A stretch of 8,339 bases of DNA from Candidatus Auribacterota bacterium (GTDB taxonomy: Bacteria > Auribacterota > UBA6266), in NCBI GenBank assembly GCA_023136205.1, contig JAGLRQ010000083.1, forward strand, positions 1 through 8,339, read 5' to 3'. Position 1 is the first letter of the stretch, and every line of letters begins with the position of its first letter. Positions 5,771 through 8,339 of this stretch are shown here, piece after piece. The notes under the pieces were generated by a model, which saw nothing but the letters and a program-made list of their open reading frames with translations, searched no databases and was not told where the DNA came from. The translations under genes and the position numbers were made by a program.

Positions 5771-6559
5771 CTACCAACCGCCGCCGCCACCGCCACCGCC
5801 GGTCATGCCGCCGCCAAAACCTCCAAAACCCCCGCTAAATCCTCCGCCAGAGCCGCCAGATCCGGCACCATACCAATGCCCTCCCCGCCTGCGGCCCCCG
5901 ATCATTGAACCTAACAGAAAATACCCCAAAAGCCCAGAACGCATACCTATGATCAGAACAAACAACAATATGGTAAAAATAATCTGTAAACCACTTTTCT
6001 TGCGATGTACTGCCTGATGAATCTGTGTTTCCTGTCCGGTGATTTCAACATCATATTCTTTAGCAACAAGGCTGACAATAGCGATTGCGCCTTTTGTAAC
6101 ACCTGCGGAATATTGCCCCCTCTTAAAATACGGGATCATCACGTCCCGAACAATTTTATTAGCAATCACATCAGGGATTGCCCCCTCCATACCATAACCT
6201 GTTGTAATCCATGCTTTGCGGTCATCAACTGCCATTAACAACAATACCCCATTATCCTTCCCCTTTTGTCCGATCTTCCATTGATCAAAAAGTTTTACGG
6301 AAAACCCCTGTATTGTTTCGGGCTTGGTTGTTTTAATAGTTACAATGGCTATCTGCGCTGTGGTTTTCTTCTCTAACGCAGCAGCAAACTTGGTTATAGT
6401 AAGTTTGTCAGAATGACTTAATAATCCTGCAAAGTCATTTACATAACCCTGGCCGCGAGATGGAACATGCACCGCATCTCTTGCAAAGATCGAGGAAGAA
6501 AACAGTACCAAAAAACAAACTAAAACGTATTTATAAATTTTGACCATACTTATTATCAT
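5771..6559 (-). CDS. TPM-domain (YgcG-like) protein: signal peptide, TPM domain, TM helix and Gly-rich tail
   Basis: TPM hallmarks are GYVNDFAGLLS...AQIAIVTIKT...GKDNGVLLLMAVDDRKAWITTGYGMEGAIPD. These are followed by the TM segment LQIIFTILLFVLIIG and the tail GSGGSGGGFSGGFGGFGGGMTGGGGGGGGW. An alternative start is M5 at 6547 (MVKIYKYVLVCFLVLFSSSIFA). Confidence 0.92.
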   Translation of the reverse strand: MIISMVKIYKYVLVCFLVLFSSSIFARDAVHVPSRGQGYVNDFAGLLSHSDKLTITKFAAALEKKTTAQIAIVTIKTTKPETIQGFSVKLFDQWKIGQKGKDNGVLLLMAVDDRKAWITTGYGMEGAIPDVIANKIVRDVMIPYFKRGQYSAGVTKGAIAIVSLVAKEYDVEITGQETQIHQAVHRKKSGLQIIFTILLFVLIIGMRSGLLGYFLLGSMIGGRRRGGHWYGAGSGGSGGGFSGGFGGFGGGMTGGGGGGGGW

Positions 6560-7305
6560 AACTTATCTACCATATCAGCCAATTTTTCAATCTGGCTTAA
6601 ATACTTCTCTAAAAAGACGACCACTTCCTGGTTCGCTATCTTTTCATCATTAGAAGAATCCTTATAAATGGATAAAAACACATTCTTATCGAGTTCAAAC
6701 ATTTGACAAAGCTGCCTGATAATCTCTGCTTTGTTAACTGAAGGTTGTTTTCCTTTCAATCGAATCAAATTTCTAAAAATAGGAATCAATGAATTAAGAG
6801 ACTCTTTCAATAAAGACTCTAAACCTTTTTTCTTAAGGCCTACCTCTAGATACGCCTGACGAATCCTGATTAATTTCCCTTTGACCTGCTGTTCGCAGAA
6901 AAGACGAATATGCTCACCTTTAATTTCCAACCCGGAGAAGATATCTTCACCGTATAAAAGAATATGATTTTCCTTCATGTCCAGGAATTCTATTGGGAAA
7001 ACGTCTAAAGAGGAGTTAATATAATCTTTGGTCAGAAATAAAGGCGCAGCTATTTTTTTAAAAATTCCCTTAGAAACCACACTTAGACTACTTCTTAATA
7101 TTGAGAACTCAAAATTTTTGAATACAAAAACTGAATTAATATCAGAAACTTTAGGAATATAATTTTCCCCCGCGGCAGAACCATACACAAATACAGCAAT
7201 CAAATTATCCCCATGAATATCAGACATCTTTTTAATATAAGGAATGATCTTTTTCTGTACTTCAATGTGTAATTTTCCCTCATTAACAATATTCTCTTTG
7301 TTCAT
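6556..7305 (-). CDS. Pol-beta-superfamily nucleotidyltransferase-fold protein with a C-terminal helical domain (KNTase-like architecture); function uncertain
   Basis: 249-aa ORF with a strong Shine-Dalgarno AAGGAGAGG. The NTase-like motif is VFVYGSAAGENYIPKVSDINSVFVF (G-S...S-D-x-N). The C-terminal ~110 aa are helical and charged. Its stop overlaps the TPM start as ATGA (6556-6559). Confidence 0.75.
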   Translation of the reverse strand: MNKENIVNEGKLHIEVQKKIIPYIKKMSDIHGDNLIAVFVYGSAAGENYIPKVSDINSVFVFKNFEFSILRSSLSVVSKGIFKKIAAPLFLTKDYINSSLDVFPIEFLDMKENHILLYGEDIFSGLEIKGEHIRLFCEQQVKGKLIRIRQAYLEVGLKKKGLESLLKESLNSLIPIFRNLIRLKGKQPSVNKAEIIRQLCQMFELDKNVFLSIYKDSSNDEKIANQEVVVFLEKYLSQIEKLADMVDKL

Positions 7306-7488
7306 TTTTCCTCTCCTTGTTTAAAACAATTTCCAGAGCAGATTTATTGTATACACTAAACCGCAAAAGTCCAGTATTTTCTAATAGCATATTTTCTTTC
7401 TTGGCAACGAAACCCCGGGGCTCATTTTTATCCAAGGGGTAAAACATTACTTCCTCATTTTAAATATTTTAGTATGAAAGAAAAGTGG

Positions 7489-7517
7489 TTACAATGGGAA
7501 GGAGAGTATAAGATAAT
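7489..7517 (+). promoter_or_regulatory. Candidate sigma70 promoter for dus
   Basis: -35 TTACAA (7489-7494), 17-nt spacer, -10 GATAAT (7512-7517), about 30 nt upstream of ATG 7548. Confidence 0.4.
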
Positions 7518-7547
7518 ATCCCAAAAGAATATTTGTACAACAAGGCT

Positions 7548-8339
7548 ATGTTAAACATCGGCGGCACCAAAATTAAAACGCATATACTTCTTGCTCCGCT
7601 CGCGGGTGTAAGCAACCTCCCGTTCAGGCTTATAGCAAGAAAACACGGATGTGCCTTTGCCTTTACTGAAATGATAAGCGCGCGGGCTCTTTATTATAAA
7701 AACAAGAACACGCTTAAGATGCTTGAATCAAACGAACATGACAAGCCGCTGGGCGTGCAAATACTCGGGGACGAACCAAAAGTTTTAAAAAAGGCCGTTG
7801 AAACCCTTAACCGTTTTAAATTTGATATACTGGATTTTAATGCCGCCTGCCCCGCAGGAAAAGTTTCATCCAGGGATAAGGGCGCGGCACTGCTTAAAAA
7901 CCCGGATAAATTACTGGCTCAAATATCCACCGTAACAAAAATTTCAAAGGTACCGGTAACATTAAAAATTCGCTCAGGGTGGGACAAAGAAAATATTAAT
8001 GCTGTTAAAATTGCCGAAATTGCCGAAAAGGCGGGCATAAAAGCCCTTTTTATCCACGGCAGAACGAAAACACAGGGGTACAGCGGCAATGTAAATTATA
8101 AAATCATTAAAGAAGTAAAACAGTCCGTTAAAATCCCCGTAATCGCAAGCGGCGATAACTTTAACCCTGTACTGATCAAAAAAATGTTTGATGAAACACA
8201 ATGCAACGCTGTTACTGTTGCAAGAGGCGCCCTTGGTAATCCTTGGATTTTTGAAGCGGCGGAAGAATTTATTAAAACAGGAATCCTGCCCGAAAAGCCC
8301 ACGATAAATAAAATAACCGCTGTAATGAAAGAACATCTC
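7548..8339 (+). CDS. dusB: tRNA-dihydrouridine synthase (DusB-like), 3'-partial at the window edge
   Basis: By hand translation the reading frame is open for 264 codons from ATG 7548 to the last base. It contains LAPLAGVSNLPFRLIARKHG, DFNAACPAGKVSSRDKGAALLKNPD, VPVTLKIRSGW, FIHGRTKTQGYSG, IPVIASGD and VARGALGNPWIF. It is collinear with my recollection of E. coli DusB. It is missing from the ORF track because no stop codon lies in the window. Confidence 0.93.
   Translation, partial: MLNIGGTKIKTHILLAPLAGVSNLPFRLIARKHGCAFAFTEMISARALYYKNKNTLKMLESNEHDKPLGVQILGDEPKVLKKAVETLNRFKFDILDFNAACPAGKVSSRDKGAALLKNPDKLLAQISTVTKISKVPVTLKIRSGWDKENINAVKIAEIAEKAGIKALFIHGRTKTQGYSGNVNYKIIKEVKQSVKIPVIASGDNFNPVLIKKMFDETQCNAVTVARGALGNPWIFEAAEEFIKTGILPEKPTINKITAVMKEHL

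Noticed and set aside
5771-5870. GC-rich short tandem repetition (GCCGCC/CCACCG units) that could be mistaken for a repeat array
   Set aside because: It encodes the glycine-rich C-terminal tail (GGSGGGFSGGFGGFGGG...GGGGGGGGW) that is typical of YgcG-type TPM proteins. There is no spacer and repeat structure.
5726-6238. Plus-strand ORFs 5726-5908, 5805-6017 and 6005-6238, including Pro/Ala-rich translations
   Set aside because: They are the antisense reading of the GC-rich Gly-codon tail and body of the TPM gene. The PPPKPPKPP-type sequence is the complement of GGx repeats.
7306-7547. Divergent intergenic region with a CCCCGGGG palindrome and a 13-codon ORF (ATG 7474)
   Set aside because: The palindrome cannot form a hairpin with a loop and no conserved-looking structure was evident. 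The mini-ORF lacks a Shine-Dalgarno. The simplest interpretation is two divergent promoters.
7974-8336. Minus-strand ORFs 7974-8336 and 8096-8302
   Set aside because: They are antisense to the clear dihydrouridine synthase frame and have no recognisable motifs.

Overview
This is a bacterial chromosomal segment, AT-leaning with short intergenic spacers. I cannot name the lineage from sequence alone. I support nine protein genes and one tRNA. On the + strand: a secreted PDZ protein with a CsgG/LpoB-like domain (384-1205), a 2-TM orphan protein (1266-1802), tRNA-Ser(GGA) (3669-3756), a DEAD-box RNA helicase (3835-5055), and a 3'-truncated tRNA-dihydrouridine synthase (7548 to the window end). 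The ORF track omits the dihydrouridine synthase because it has no stop codon in the window. On the - strand: two tandem paralogous YkgJ/UPF0153-type cysteine-cluster proteins (1825-2223, 2284-2703) behind a perfect consensus sigma70 promoter, a PHP-family phosphoesterase (2785-3549), and a three-gene string. That string is a Pol-beta-fold nucleotidyltransferase-like protein (7305-6556), a TPM/YgcG-like protein with a glycine-rich tail (6559-5771) and LemA (5636-5067). I found no CRISPR array, transposase, integrase or recognisable defence gene. The best candidates for something undescribed are modest. They are the NTase-like gene coupled by an ATGA overlap to a TPM-LemA pair, with a highly structured 134-nt spacer inside the string; the strongly promoted tandem Cys-cluster paralogs beside a PHP phosphoesterase; and a PDZ/CsgG-like fusion gene followed by an orphan membrane protein, both with leaderless-type promoter geometry. 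The first ~310 nt have no clean ORF and end in a strong hairpin terminator. All functional calls rest on motif recognition by eye; no searches were run.
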